Positions 44,495 through 54,105 of a stretch of DNA of 64,000 nucleotides are shown here, one piece after another. The position numbers and the translations under genes were made by a program. The notes under the pieces were generated by a model. That model did not search any database and was not told the origin of the DNA. It was given only the letters and a program-made list of their open reading frames with translations. Origin of the DNA: a virus. The number at the start of each line of letters is the position of its first letter. Positions within the stretch are counted from its first letter, which is position 1. The DNA is taken from positions 96,001 through 160,000 of IMG/VR virus record IMGVR_UViG_3300009158_000001. One strand, given 5' to 3'.

Positions 44495-44821
44495 ATGAAT
44501 AAGGGCGATGAAGAGTTTCTTACATATCGAGAACATCTAGAAGCTACGTATAAAATACTTTTTGATAAAGCTAAAGATGGTGTTTGGTATTGTAGGTTTG
44601 GCAGATTTAGATTTGAGATGTGGCTAAATAGTGAAGGGCGATGGGCTACATGTTTTATGCATGCAGATGATCGTGGCACTTTACTTGGCACAGCTTATAG
44701 TCTACATCCTGTAACTTCATTTGCTCTTGCATTAGAGAAATTTCACAGTATTGCTGCTGATGTTCCTCAACCACAAAGCAAAGATCTTAAGTTTAAGCTT
44801 AAGAATCATGAACCTACCTAG
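44495..44821 (+). CDS. hypothetical protein
   Basis: GAGGA SD, 108 aa. Confidence 0.65.
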   Translation: MNKGDEEFLTYREHLEATYKILFDKAKDGVWYCRFGRFRFEMWLNSEGRWATCFMHADDRGTLLGTAYSLHPVTSFALALEKFHSIAADVPQPQSKDLKFKLKNHEPT

Positions 44822-44829
44822 GAGATTTA

Positions 44830-45075
44830 ATGGATAATCTTAATACTGGATTTGATATTGACACGACAGAAGGTCAGTTTGCTTTGCTTATGAGCAGAGG
44901 CGCTGGTTTCTATCCAGATATTCAAGCAACTAGTTCAATTGCGCAAATGCTTAATGCTAGATTTGTAGCTAAAGCTTACAATCTAGATGATTGCGATGTT
45001 TATACTGTTTACGCTGAGATTATAACAATTCTAAACGAGGTAGCTCAGGCCTCAAATTTTGACAAAGGAGAATAA
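44830..45075 (+). CDS. hypothetical protein
   Basis: AGGAG SD. Confidence 0.65.
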   Translation: MDNLNTGFDIDTTEGQFALLMSRGAGFYPDIQATSSIAQMLNARFVAKAYNLDDCDVYTVYAEIITILNEVAQASNFDKGE

Positions 45076-45077
45076 TT

Positions 45078-45473
45078 ATGAGTGTTGATGGTACTGATCT
45101 TTCAAAGATTACTGGTGATAGTGCAAAGGTTATCGCTGAGGCTGCGATTGCTGCCGCTGCTCCTAGAGCTGGCTGGTTCCTGTCTCGTGTAGCTGCTGCA
45201 GTTCTTGCATTGGTCCTTCCTCTTCTGGGTGGCGTTGTCGGTTTTGTGACTGGCCGTGCTACTACTGCTCCTGCTGCAGTTGAGACTCCAGCTGGTTCAG
45301 GTGTTGGCTCTGGTTCTGGCAGTGCAGCTACTCCTGAGGTTCGGACTGTTCCTTACGATGCTAAGAGTGTGGCAGCAGAGGCTGTTGTCGGTCCTCTTGG
45401 TGGTACTGGTGAAGTTATTCATCCTGCTCATCCTGCCGATGCAGCTACTGCTGCTGAGGCTGATGCTCAGTAA
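45078..45473 (+). CDS. membrane protein (holin/spanin-like candidate)
   Basis: single TM, Ala/Gly-rich tail; coupled (TAATG) to a lysozyme-like gene. Confidence 0.5.
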   Translation: MSVDGTDLSKITGDSAKVIAEAAIAAAAPRAGWFLSRVAAAVLALVLPLLGGVVGFVTGRATTAPAAVETPAGSGVGSGSGSAATPEVRTVPYDAKSVAAEAVVGPLGGTGEVIHPAHPADAATAAEADAQ

Positions 45474-46114
45474 TGAGCACATTACCTTACTACGGTAGGT
45501 ATTGGAAGAATAAAGTTCCTCCTGGTATGCCAGCTACTGCTAAGACAGTGGTTGAAATGGGAGATGCGATTGAGCTAATTCAGTCTGTAACTGCAAATGA
45601 TTCTGTGGAATTCCAGAGATGGGCAATTCTACTTGCCAAGCATGAGAGCTCAGCTACTCTTTCTTTGCCTGCCAATACCTTTAATTACCTTCCCAAGGAA
45701 CAAAGGAATGGTAAGGCTAAGATTACTGCTTGGGGTTGTTATCAATTTAATGACCCTGCTTATCAGGATCTAAGGCGTAAGCTTAACTGGGTTCCTGGCT
45801 ATAAGCCTGAGACAGAAGTTACTATTCCTAAAGATTCAAAACCTTGGAGTATGACTTCAACTCAAGAGATCACTTTAACTCTGAATAGATATAGACAGAT
45901 TTATCTTGCGTGTCTTGCTGCAGGTTTCAGTGAGCTTCAAGCTCTTACTATAACTTCACAGTCTCATTGTACAGAGACTGGGGCTAAGAGATTATTTAGG
46001 GCTGGACCTGATCCTATTAAGCAACAGGAAACTGTTGCTGCGTTTGATAAGATGAATAGGGCTTGGTATGATGGTCATGGTACCAAGATGGCACTGGCAG
46101 CAACTCACGCTTAA
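45473..46114 (+). CDS. lysozyme-like/transglycosylase-fold protein
   Basis: LLAKHES (catalytic Glu) ... AWGCYQF. Confidence 0.55.
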   Translation: MSTLPYYGRYWKNKVPPGMPATAKTVVEMGDAIELIQSVTANDSVEFQRWAILLAKHESSATLSLPANTFNYLPKEQRNGKAKITAWGCYQFNDPAYQDLRRKLNWVPGYKPETEVTIPKDSKPWSMTSTQEITLTLNRYRQIYLACLAAGFSELQALTITSQSHCTETGAKRLFRAGPDPIKQQETVAAFDKMNRAWYDGHGTKMALAATHA

Positions 46115-46123
46115 AGGAATATC

Positions 46124-46567
46124 ATGACTGAAGGTTACATTACATATACAGACGGTTGGAAATATCAATTGGCGGAAGATTACACTTGTAAAATAAATGT
46201 AATTCCTCCTTTGAATGTCAAGACCGAATATATAGAACTTCTTGGTGATGGCACATTGACGATTCGTCATGGCTATGCATGGGATGGGCCTTCAGGTCCA
46301 ACCGTTGACAGCAAGAATTTTATGCGTGGATCTTTAGTTCATGATGCTCTTTATCAGCTTATTAGAGAAAAGCATCTTCCTCTCTCTTACAGAGACAAAG
46401 CAGATCGTCTTCTTCAGCAAATGTGCAAAGAAGATGGAATGTGGGCGATTAGAGCTTGGTATGTTTACCAAGGAGTCTCTACTTTTGGTGGAGAAGCTGG
46501 AATTAAACATGGCAAACATAAAGTTAGTTATGCTCCAAAGAAAATAGCTAAGAAAACTTTAGAATAG
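46124..46567 (+). CDS. DUF1353-like protein
   Basis: GYAWDGPSGP...SLVHDALYQ...ADRLL. Confidence 0.75.
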   Translation: MTEGYITYTDGWKYQLAEDYTCKINVIPPLNVKTEYIELLGDGTLTIRHGYAWDGPSGPTVDSKNFMRGSLVHDALYQLIREKHLPLSYRDKADRLLQQMCKEDGMWAIRAWYVYQGVSTFGGEAGIKHGKHKVSYAPKKIAKKTLE

Positions 46568-46591
46568 TAATATTCAAATGTAAGTAATAAA

Positions 46592-46627
46592 GAAGTTCCA
46601 AGTAGAAATACTTGGGACTTTTTGTTT
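46592..46627 (+). terminator. intrinsic terminator
   Basis: AAGTTCCAAGTA-GAAA-TACTTGGGACTT plus T-run. Confidence 0.7.
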
Positions 46628-46693
46628 ATCTGTATTTGTTTACAATGTATTCTTTGATATTTGATTTTTAATTATTCATATTAGGATATTTAT

Positions 46694-47398
46694 ATGAATT
46701 ACGATAATATTTTAGAATCACTACAGTCCCCTTCGCAAGAAGTAGACTTTAACCTTATTTGGAATGCTCAGGCTGTTAATGTCAAGACTGGCAATGTTCC
46801 TACTTTATATATTGGTCATACTAAGCAAGAAGCATGGGAGAGTTGCAATGGATGTAGCCTCAGAGGTAACGGCTGCTACGCTTGGAGTGGCAGTGTCAAT
46901 ATTGGAGCTAGTTCGACTAGGCGTGCCCTTGCAAAAGGAGCTGATAAGACTTTATCTTACGCCCTTAACAATAGACACAAAACCGCTAGAATGGTTCGTG
47001 TATCCGCCATTGGAGACATTGGCAGATGTCCCTCAACACAAGCATCTCAGATCAAAGAAACTATTGGCAAAACAAAACTTGAGTTAGTAGGGTATACCCA
47101 TCACTGGAGAGAAGAGAAAGTAGCTAAGAATTGGCGCGGTTCTCTTATGGCAAGCTGCGAAAAGATTAATGACGCAGATCTTGCTGTTGCTCAGGGATGG
47201 AGAGCTACTACAATTGTAGGTGAAGATAGCCCTCATGCATTTACTAGTCCAGCTGGTAATAAAGTAGTTGTCTGTCCAGCACAAACCAAAAGCAGTATTA
47301 CTTGTAATCAGTGTAGGCTTTGTAATGGTAGCAAGAAAGCTGCACCTATTATTGCATTTATTGCACATGGTAATCAAATGGAAAAAGCTTTAGCTTAA
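46694..47398 (+). CDS. Cys-rich Gp88-like phage protein
   Basis: NVKTG...SCxGC...GCYA...RVSAIGD...YTH...CPAQ...TCNQCRLC. Confidence 0.65.
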   Translation: MNYDNILESLQSPSQEVDFNLIWNAQAVNVKTGNVPTLYIGHTKQEAWESCNGCSLRGNGCYAWSGSVNIGASSTRRALAKGADKTLSYALNNRHKTARMVRVSAIGDIGRCPSTQASQIKETIGKTKLELVGYTHHWREEKVAKNWRGSLMASCEKINDADLAVAQGWRATTIVGEDSPHAFTSPAGNKVVVCPAQTKSSITCNQCRLCNGSKKAAPIIAFIAHGNQMEKALA

Positions 47399-47408
47399 GG
47401 AGTTAACA

Positions 47409-47690
47409 ATGACTGGTCCATCAATTAATTCAGATCTTATTTTTCAAGTCTATAGGCTTCAGCAAATTGATCAGATTAGCAAGAGTGAATTGTATGACAT
47501 GATTATTCATGACTTGAATGGCCAGATTCCTGGGCACCTACTATCAACAATGTGGTACTTGTCTAATCAGATGGCAGAGCAAGTTAATGATACTTCATGT
47601 CTTTGTATTCTAAATGCATTTGTTTCATTACTTAAGGCTATTCATCAATTTAAGGTTGAATACGCCATCGATGGAACAGAAAATTTTTGA
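47409..47690 (+). CDS. hypothetical protein
   Basis: AAGGAG SD. Confidence 0.65.
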   Translation: MTGPSINSDLIFQVYRLQQIDQISKSELYDMIIHDLNGQIPGHLLSTMWYLSNQMAEQVNDTSCLCILNAFVSLLKAIHQFKVEYAIDGTENF

Positions 47691-47730
47691 TGCACTTGCC
47701 TCCTGCGTCGGCTAAATATTTACTATTTAA

Positions 47731-47949
47731 ATGATACTTAAGTTAAATCTTGCAAAACCAGGTTTTTATACAATTAAAGCTATTGATCCCTGGTCAGTAA
47801 GATTACAAGAAATTGGTTTTCTTACTAATAGAACTATTTATATCTTTGCAAATAATGCTCTTGGTATCCAAGTACGTATTAATAATGCAGTTTATCTTTT
47901 TAATGAAGTGATTGCATCTACAATTTACGTTGAATTAATAGAGGAATAA
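47731..47949 (+). CDS. FeoA-like SH3 domain protein
   Basis: RLQEIGFLTNRTI...VRINNAVYL...ASTIYV. Confidence 0.55.
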   Translation: MILKLNLAKPGFYTIKAIDPWSVRLQEIGFLTNRTIYIFANNALGIQVRINNAVYLFNEVIASTIYVELIEE

Positions 47950-48329
47950 TGTCTCATTCTATGTACCTTTCTGGTATTCTTGGTAATTATAATGCTGATA
48001 GTTCTGACTATATGTATATTAAAGTAACAAGCTCAGAGGCTAATAAGAAGTACACAACTTTTATGGTTAGACTTCAGAAGGGGCCACTTACTAATAAGAT
48101 TATGGGAGTGCCCGCTGGTAGTGTAATTGGATTGCATAACTGTAAGTTGGGCGATCCGTACATTACTAAACCTTTTGTACCCAAGGGCGAGACAGAAGCT
48201 ATTAGAGTAACCTATAATCATATTGTGCATGTTGAGGACATTATTTGTCCTAGTATGCAGAATCAGTCAGCTAAGACCCAAACTTTTACTGCTAGTCAGA
48301 CTGAAGACGCAGTTAAAATGCTTGGATAA
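47949..48329 (+). CDS. hypothetical OB-fold-like protein
   Basis: GAGGA SD; SMYLSGIL N-terminus and beta-rich pattern. Confidence 0.5.
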   Translation: MSHSMYLSGILGNYNADSSDYMYIKVTSSEANKKYTTFMVRLQKGPLTNKIMGVPAGSVIGLHNCKLGDPYITKPFVPKGETEAIRVTYNHIVHVEDIICPSMQNQSAKTQTFTASQTEDAVKMLG

Positions 48330-48432
48330 AATTACTTGACACAATTATACTTGTGTCTAAATATTCAAATAACGCAGGAACATTTTGTTTATTTCCTGTT
48401 GTTGTTTTGTAACTAATTGTTTTTAAAGGAGA

Positions 48433-49134
48433 ATGAATATGGAAGTAAAGTCTAATTTTCGTCAGATTATCGTTTTTGATGCCCCTACCAAGGGATACTA
48501 CACTGCTGATCTCCCTGAGGCTGAGGGTCCTGTGACCGTTGCTGGTTTTAATGGCATTTCCGTTGCCAAGCAACTTACTGCACTTTTTCCTCAGTACCAG
48601 TTTATCTACCAGAAGGATCCTTCTTATGTTTATGACGTTAAGGTTGATCGTGCTGTTCAGTCTCGTGATGCTAGTGAGCATGCACTAATTAGCAATGGTC
48701 TTGCCATTCTAGAGACTGCCTGTCATGAAGTTCGCAGAGAACTTATTCTAGCGGAAGACGAGAAGCGTGCTCCTCAGTACTCTGAGCTTGTAGCTAAGAT
48801 TGTCTCCGCATTTAATACTGCTGATAAGTATTTCTGGATTGTCGAGGATAGAGAGCGTAAGCCTAAGGCACCTGCTGCAAAGTCTGCGTTTCCTGGCCTT
48901 CGTTCTCCTATCTGGACTAAGCAATCTTCAGATTACGAAGGTGATAAGACAAATGAGATGCGCAATAAGGATGTCTGCTGTAAGCAGCAAGACCCATGTT
49001 GCAAGCAGAAGCCTACAGGTTGGATAACAACTAAGCTACCTTTTGGTGTAGGCTATGCGTTTGATGGCGATATTAATGATATTGACAAGTTGACTAAGGA
49101 ACTTGAGGCAATCTTTAAGGGATTTCGCCGATAA
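48433..49134 (+). CDS. hypothetical protein
   Basis: AAGGAG SD, 233 aa. Confidence 0.75.
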   Translation: MNMEVKSNFRQIIVFDAPTKGYYTADLPEAEGPVTVAGFNGISVAKQLTALFPQYQFIYQKDPSYVYDVKVDRAVQSRDASEHALISNGLAILETACHEVRRELILAEDEKRAPQYSELVAKIVSAFNTADKYFWIVEDRERKPKAPAAKSAFPGLRSPIWTKQSSDYEGDKTNEMRNKDVCCKQQDPCCKQKPTGWITTKLPFGVGYAFDGDINDIDKLTKELEAIFKGFRR

Positions 49135-49157
49135 GTTAAATATAAAATAAGGTAAGA

Positions 49158-50537
49158 ATGCAGCAATATACTAAGCCGTTTCGGCTATTGATGAACGACA
49201 ATCCTTTCTTTGGATTGTATCTATTGGGTGTCAATAAGTATGAGGTCGATCATTCGATTCCTATCGCGGCAGTTGCGATGGAAGGATACAACTTTAAGTT
49301 GTTGCTTAGAAAAGGTGCGTATCTTGATATGCCCGCTGAGCATCAGGTTGGTGTACTAAAGCATGAGATTCTTCATATCTCACTTGGCCACTTGAGTCCT
49401 TACTATCGTAACCGTTGTCCTGATCATAAGATCTTTAATATTGCTGCTGATCTTGAGATCAATCAGTACATTGAAAGATCCGAGCTCCCAGAAGGCTGTA
49501 TCCACATGGATACCTTCCCAGATTATGACTTGCCTGAGAAGGCAGGTACTGTCTTCTACTATGATTTTCTAAAGCAGAAGATTGAAGACTTGAAAGGAGA
49601 GTATCCTGAGGAATTCTATGGAGATCCCTGTCCTGGTGATGGACCAGACCAGGGCCCTAAGAATCCTGGTGATAGTCCTGATGGCGGTCAGGATGGGCAA
49701 GAAGGATCTTCTCCTGCTCCATCAGGAGATAAAGATGGTGACTCTGAAAGTCAGTCTGGCAAAGGTCCATCCAAGGCAGATCAGAATCTAATGGATATGT
49801 ATGGCCAGGGCGATCCTAGTCATAGCCAGTGGGACAAGCCAGACCTTGAGCCTGGTGAAGATTCTACGGGCTACTGGGAAGCGGTCGATGAGATCCGTCG
49901 TCAGCAGGTTCGTAGAGCTTACCATGAGACTATTCGTCAGTCTGGATCTACTGCTCGCGGCTATATCCCTGGTAACCTACTTTCAGAGATTGATCGTCTT
50001 CTTGAAAAGAAGGATCCAGTTACTAACTGGAAAGCTTACTTCAGAAGATTCATTGCTGCGAGTACTAGCGTAATTGTAAAGAAGACTAAGCGTAAGGAAT
50101 CTATTCGTTTTCTTGGTCAGCCTGGTCTCAAGTTCAATCCTAAGCATAAGTTGCTTATTGCAATTGACACTAGCGGTAGCGTTAGTGATCAGGAGTTGGC
50201 AAACTTTATGGCAGAACTAGAGTTTATCTCTAAGACTGGTGCAAAGATGACGCTTCTTCATTGCGATGCTGCGATTGCTAAGGTTGAAGAATATTCTAAG
50301 CAGAATACTGTTAAAATCTATGGCCGTGGTGGTACTGATTTTGATCCTCCTGTTCAGTATATGAATAGGAATAAGAGCAAGTATACTTGTCTTGTTTATT
50401 TTAGTGATGGAGCATGTACTCCTCCGTCTATTAAGACGACTAAGCCTATTCTTTGGGTTATGACTCGCGGTGAACGTGAGCAATACAAGGACCAAAAGTT
50501 TCCTGGCGATGTTGTTATTATGAAGGAAGTTCTTTAG
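49158..50537 (+). CDS. HExxH metallopeptidase-like plus VWA domain protein (DUF2201-like)
   Basis: KHEILH, NIAADLEIN, IDTSGSV (MIDAS), GRGGTDF, FSDG. Confidence 0.88.
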   Translation: MQQYTKPFRLLMNDNPFFGLYLLGVNKYEVDHSIPIAAVAMEGYNFKLLLRKGAYLDMPAEHQVGVLKHEILHISLGHLSPYYRNRCPDHKIFNIAADLEINQYIERSELPEGCIHMDTFPDYDLPEKAGTVFYYDFLKQKIEDLKGEYPEEFYGDPCPGDGPDQGPKNPGDSPDGGQDGQEGSSPAPSGDKDGDSESQSGKGPSKADQNLMDMYGQGDPSHSQWDKPDLEPGEDSTGYWEAVDEIRRQQVRRAYHETIRQSGSTARGYIPGNLLSEIDRLLEKKDPVTNWKAYFRRFIAASTSVIVKKTKRKESIRFLGQPGLKFNPKHKLLIAIDTSGSVSDQELANFMAELEFISKTGAKMTLLHCDAAIAKVEEYSKQNTVKIYGRGGTDFDPPVQYMNRNKSKYTCLVYFSDGACTPPSIKTTKPILWVMTRGEREQYKDQKFPGDVVIMKEVL

Positions 50538-50621
50538 AACTTTTTGATTATTAATTAAAGTAAAACAGATTAAAGTATTCTTTACTATTTATCCTAATAC
50601 CTTATAACCAAGGATAAATAA

Positions 50622-51815
50622 ATGTCTCAAATTAAGATTGATGATAGTCTAATTCTCAACTCTCGTGAAATTGTTACGTTTCTCGAGCATGTAATTCGTA
50701 CCAATAGGAATCTTCAAGACCGTGGGATGATGCCTACTGCTGTTAACATCGAGGGTCATGCTGGTCTTGGTAAGACTTCTACTGTCCTTCAGGTTGCTCA
50801 GCGCAATGATCTTCACATGGTCAAGATTAATCTTGCACAGTGTGAGGAGCTTGGCGATATCGTAGGCTTTCCTGTTAAGGAATATGAACGCGAGAATGGT
50901 ACTTGGATTACCAGTGACCACCTTAGTGTCCTTACTGGTGACCATCTTGATAGCAATCCCTTGACTGGTCAGGCTCGTATGGGCTATGCCGTTCCTTCAT
51001 GGATTCAGGGCCGGAGTGATAAGGGTGGCATCCTTCTCTTGGATGACTATACTCGTGCAGACCCCCGCTATATGCAGGCTGTCATGGAGCTTATTGACCG
51101 TCAGGAGTACATTAGCTTCAAGCTCCCGAAGGGCTGGACGATTGTCCTGACTAGTAACCCTGCTAATGATAATTACATGGTTCAGGAGATCGACAATGCC
51201 ATGAAGACTCGTTTCATTACGATTCAGTATGGCTTCGATGCAGAGACTTGGGCTACCTGGGCAGAGCAGAATGCGCTAGACCAGCGTTGTATCAACTTTG
51301 TTCTTAAGCATCCTGAGATTATGTCTCCTGAGAAGATTAATCCGCGTTCAATCGTGCATTTCTTTAATCAGATTAGCGACTTCAAGGACTTCAAGAAGCA
51401 GCTTAAGTTTATTCGACTTGTCGGTGATGCCAGCTGTGGTCCTGAGACTACCAGTCTCTTTATCAACTTCATTAATGATGAGCTAGATAAGCTTCCTGAT
51501 ATTCGTGCTGCTTACGATCACAAGGATGTTGATTTCCTTGGCAATCAGATCCGCAGTGCTACGAATACTGACGGTACCTACAAGGCAGCAATCGCAAGCA
51601 TTCTTGCTACTCGACTTGTAATTTTCCTTAATCAGCTTCACTCTAAGAAGCCTGTTGATAAGGGAACCAAGGATCGGCTTACGCATATTGTGAAGGAAAA
51701 GATCTTTATGGAAGATCTGACCCGTCATATTTGTCAGTCTCTTATTGCGAATAATGATAAGTTCGCAAGTCTTGCAATGCAGCAAGAGTTTTCTAGCTAC
51801 GTCCTTGGGGCGTAA
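50622..51815 (+). CDS. AAA+ ATPase (MoxR-like, partner of VWA protein)
   Basis: GHAGLGKT, ILLLDD, TSNP, RF arginine finger, NPRS. Confidence 0.88.
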   Translation: MSQIKIDDSLILNSREIVTFLEHVIRTNRNLQDRGMMPTAVNIEGHAGLGKTSTVLQVAQRNDLHMVKINLAQCEELGDIVGFPVKEYERENGTWITSDHLSVLTGDHLDSNPLTGQARMGYAVPSWIQGRSDKGGILLLDDYTRADPRYMQAVMELIDRQEYISFKLPKGWTIVLTSNPANDNYMVQEIDNAMKTRFITIQYGFDAETWATWAEQNALDQRCINFVLKHPEIMSPEKINPRSIVHFFNQISDFKDFKKQLKFIRLVGDASCGPETTSLFINFINDELDKLPDIRAAYDHKDVDFLGNQIRSATNTDGTYKAAIASILATRLVIFLNQLHSKKPVDKGTKDRLTHIVKEKIFMEDLTRHICQSLIANNDKFASLAMQQEFSSYVLGA

Positions 51816-51829
51816 GGGTAAGGATAACA

Positions 51830-54097
51830 ATGATTGGGAGAAAGTCTAATATAAAGTCTATTGTTCTCGATATTGTTGCAACTAAACCAAATGATTCTAG
51901 TACTTATCTTCTTAATAATATTAAGTATAATCTAGATAACATTTTGGTGTCCGAGTGGGATACAGTTTGTTGTATTCCCAACCAGGGTACCCGGCATCAT
52001 TATAATGGTCGTGGTAGATTGCCTATTCCTTTTTACAACGAAGGCTCATCTTGTGATCTTGTTGTTACTCAGGAAGAAGCAGTGCGTCGTCTTGGAATGC
52101 AGTATGTTGATATCTCAACCAAGCCAATTCCTAATGACTCTACAATTGCTTTTGGCTCTGGCTATTACTCCAATGACGAGCAAAAAGCTTTTGCCTTAAA
52201 GTATGATTGTAGCATTGCAAAGGCTCCTAGCAAGACACAGTATTATGTTTTGTCTAGCGATGAAGAGCGCTCTCTTAATCATATTGTAAAGTATCCTCAG
52301 GGTATGATGAAGGCTGCTCCTATTAAGGCAGTTATTGCAACACCACATGCTATTAAGAATGCTCTTGAGCGGCATTTTCTAGACAATCAATTAGAAATCA
52401 AGGATAACATTGTTAAGTTACTTGTTGGTACTCGTTCAATGGACTCTAGCGGTGCTACTAGTCGCGGCAATTATCAACATAGTCCTTACGAAGGAATACT
52501 TGAAGCTATTAAGTATGGTTATCTTGGCCCTGTTTATAGCAGTCCTTACTCTGATTTGAAGATAGAGGAAATTCCAGGCAGAGGCCGTGTACTCAGCTCT
52601 CCTCATTTTACCTTTGACTGGGGATGGCAAAATCGCATCCTCAGAGGACTAGATATCCCAAAATCTACTACTGGATTTGCACATATATATAATGTTCCCA
52701 TGCTTTATATGTCTTTTATGTCTGATGCAGACATCTTAGATCTTAAGAATGGCCCTAAGCTTGAAATGCCTTTGGCTCAATGGAATGAGTGGCAGGCTAG
52801 GTGGGAAAGAAAGACTACTGGACAATACTATGGCAATAGCTATGGTCTTAACAGTGGATCATTTTCTTCTGAAGTTATTCCTGCAAAGCTAGAGATTGAT
52901 CTTTTAGATACTGAGCACTACGAAGTTATAAATACTGATAGATATATTGCACTGGAAACTCATTTTGATTCACTAGACCGTTTGTTTGGATTTCTTTCTG
53001 AGAATCCTGACATTACGGTTGTAAGTGAAAGTACGTTTGTCTCTCAGTTAAAGCAAAGTAATCCTACTTTGAATCTTACAACATATGATTCCTTGTATGG
53101 AATGTTCCGAAGCGAAGATCAGAACACTAGAAAGACTGCAAGTAAAATGCTTCAGTCTTTTGACTTGCCTGAACTTGCTCCAGATCAAAACTATAATGGA
53201 TCTATTTGGCAAAATTCCGAAGAGCCTAAGTCTTATGCTCTTCATATGGCTATGGATCTTGTGGCTAACTCTAATGTTACAGGCGCAAGCCTCAACAAGT
53301 GGGTTCAAAAGAAGGTTGGCGAGACTCTTACTAGTCTGGTCAATAGTCGTAGCAGAACCAGACATGGATATGCATCGACTCCTTATCAGTATGGCGTAAA
53401 TAATTATAGACGCACATTCTGTGGTTTCAATGAGAAGGATGCTCATCCAGCAATGCCCTATGATGATAGGGCTAAGTGGTACGAGATCGTAAATGCTATT
53501 AATGAACTTATTCCTGCTTACTTTGACGAGCAGACAAAGCATATGCCTAAGTACTTTAATACTTTTACAATTTCTATTGTAAAGAATAAGACCTTTGAAG
53601 CATACACTGCAATGTATGTGGATCTTACTAGCAGGGAAGACAGTCTTACCCAAGAGGAAAAGATTAATCTTGGATATCTTCAATTGTTTATGAGACATTA
53701 CGTCGAGTATACATTTACAAGATACTACCTTGGTCAGAGCAATAATATTGGCTATGATTTGAATGTCAAATGTGGTGCCGATATCCCAGCTGTTGCCGAT
53801 GCTAAGCTTATGAACTCAATTTTTGGTGAGTATAAGAAGAAGTTTATTCAAGCTAAGGCTAAGGCTCTTGCCAATCCTGTCAAGTACATGGAAATTCTAA
53901 TCAAGAACGAGACAGACTATCGAGTAAAGTATATTCATAGTCTTTCTGGATATAGATCTGAGTTAATTGCTGATTATGCTAATCAGTCATTTCTTTTAGG
54001 ATTTCCTAAGAATATCATTACTCAAGGTCGTCCTGATATTACAGTACAGTCTACTGAAATTCTAGACGTATTTGACTACTATATCGCTAATCTTTAA
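51830..54097 (+). CDS. large hypothetical protein
   Basis: 755-aa ORF in operon with the VWA/AAA pair. Confidence 0.75.
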   Translation: MIGRKSNIKSIVLDIVATKPNDSSTYLLNNIKYNLDNILVSEWDTVCCIPNQGTRHHYNGRGRLPIPFYNEGSSCDLVVTQEEAVRRLGMQYVDISTKPIPNDSTIAFGSGYYSNDEQKAFALKYDCSIAKAPSKTQYYVLSSDEERSLNHIVKYPQGMMKAAPIKAVIATPHAIKNALERHFLDNQLEIKDNIVKLLVGTRSMDSSGATSRGNYQHSPYEGILEAIKYGYLGPVYSSPYSDLKIEEIPGRGRVLSSPHFTFDWGWQNRILRGLDIPKSTTGFAHIYNVPMLYMSFMSDADILDLKNGPKLEMPLAQWNEWQARWERKTTGQYYGNSYGLNSGSFSSEVIPAKLEIDLLDTEHYEVINTDRYIALETHFDSLDRLFGFLSENPDITVVSESTFVSQLKQSNPTLNLTTYDSLYGMFRSEDQNTRKTASKMLQSFDLPELAPDQNYNGSIWQNSEEPKSYALHMAMDLVANSNVTGASLNKWVQKKVGETLTSLVNSRSRTRHGYASTPYQYGVNNYRRTFCGFNEKDAHPAMPYDDRAKWYEIVNAINELIPAYFDEQTKHMPKYFNTFTISIVKNKTFEAYTAMYVDLTSREDSLTQEEKINLGYLQLFMRHYVEYTFTRYYLGQSNNIGYDLNVKCGADIPAVADAKLMNSIFGEYKKKFIQAKAKALANPVKYMEILIKNETDYRVKYIHSLSGYRSELIADYANQSFLLGFPKNIITQGRPDITVQSTEILDVFDYYIANL

Positions 54098-54105
54098 AGG
54101 AAAGT

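Larger units (their letters stand above)
31005..47712 (+). promoter_or_regulatory. 14 dispersed copies of hairpin motif GSC-TCCTNCGTC-GSC-YA (putative phage RNAP promoters)
   Basis: copies at 31005, 31079, 31309, 31616, 31783, 32234, 32517, 32790, 33379, 33618, 37324, 37519, 39486, 47698; all on + strand and outside convincing CDS. Confidence 0.75.
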
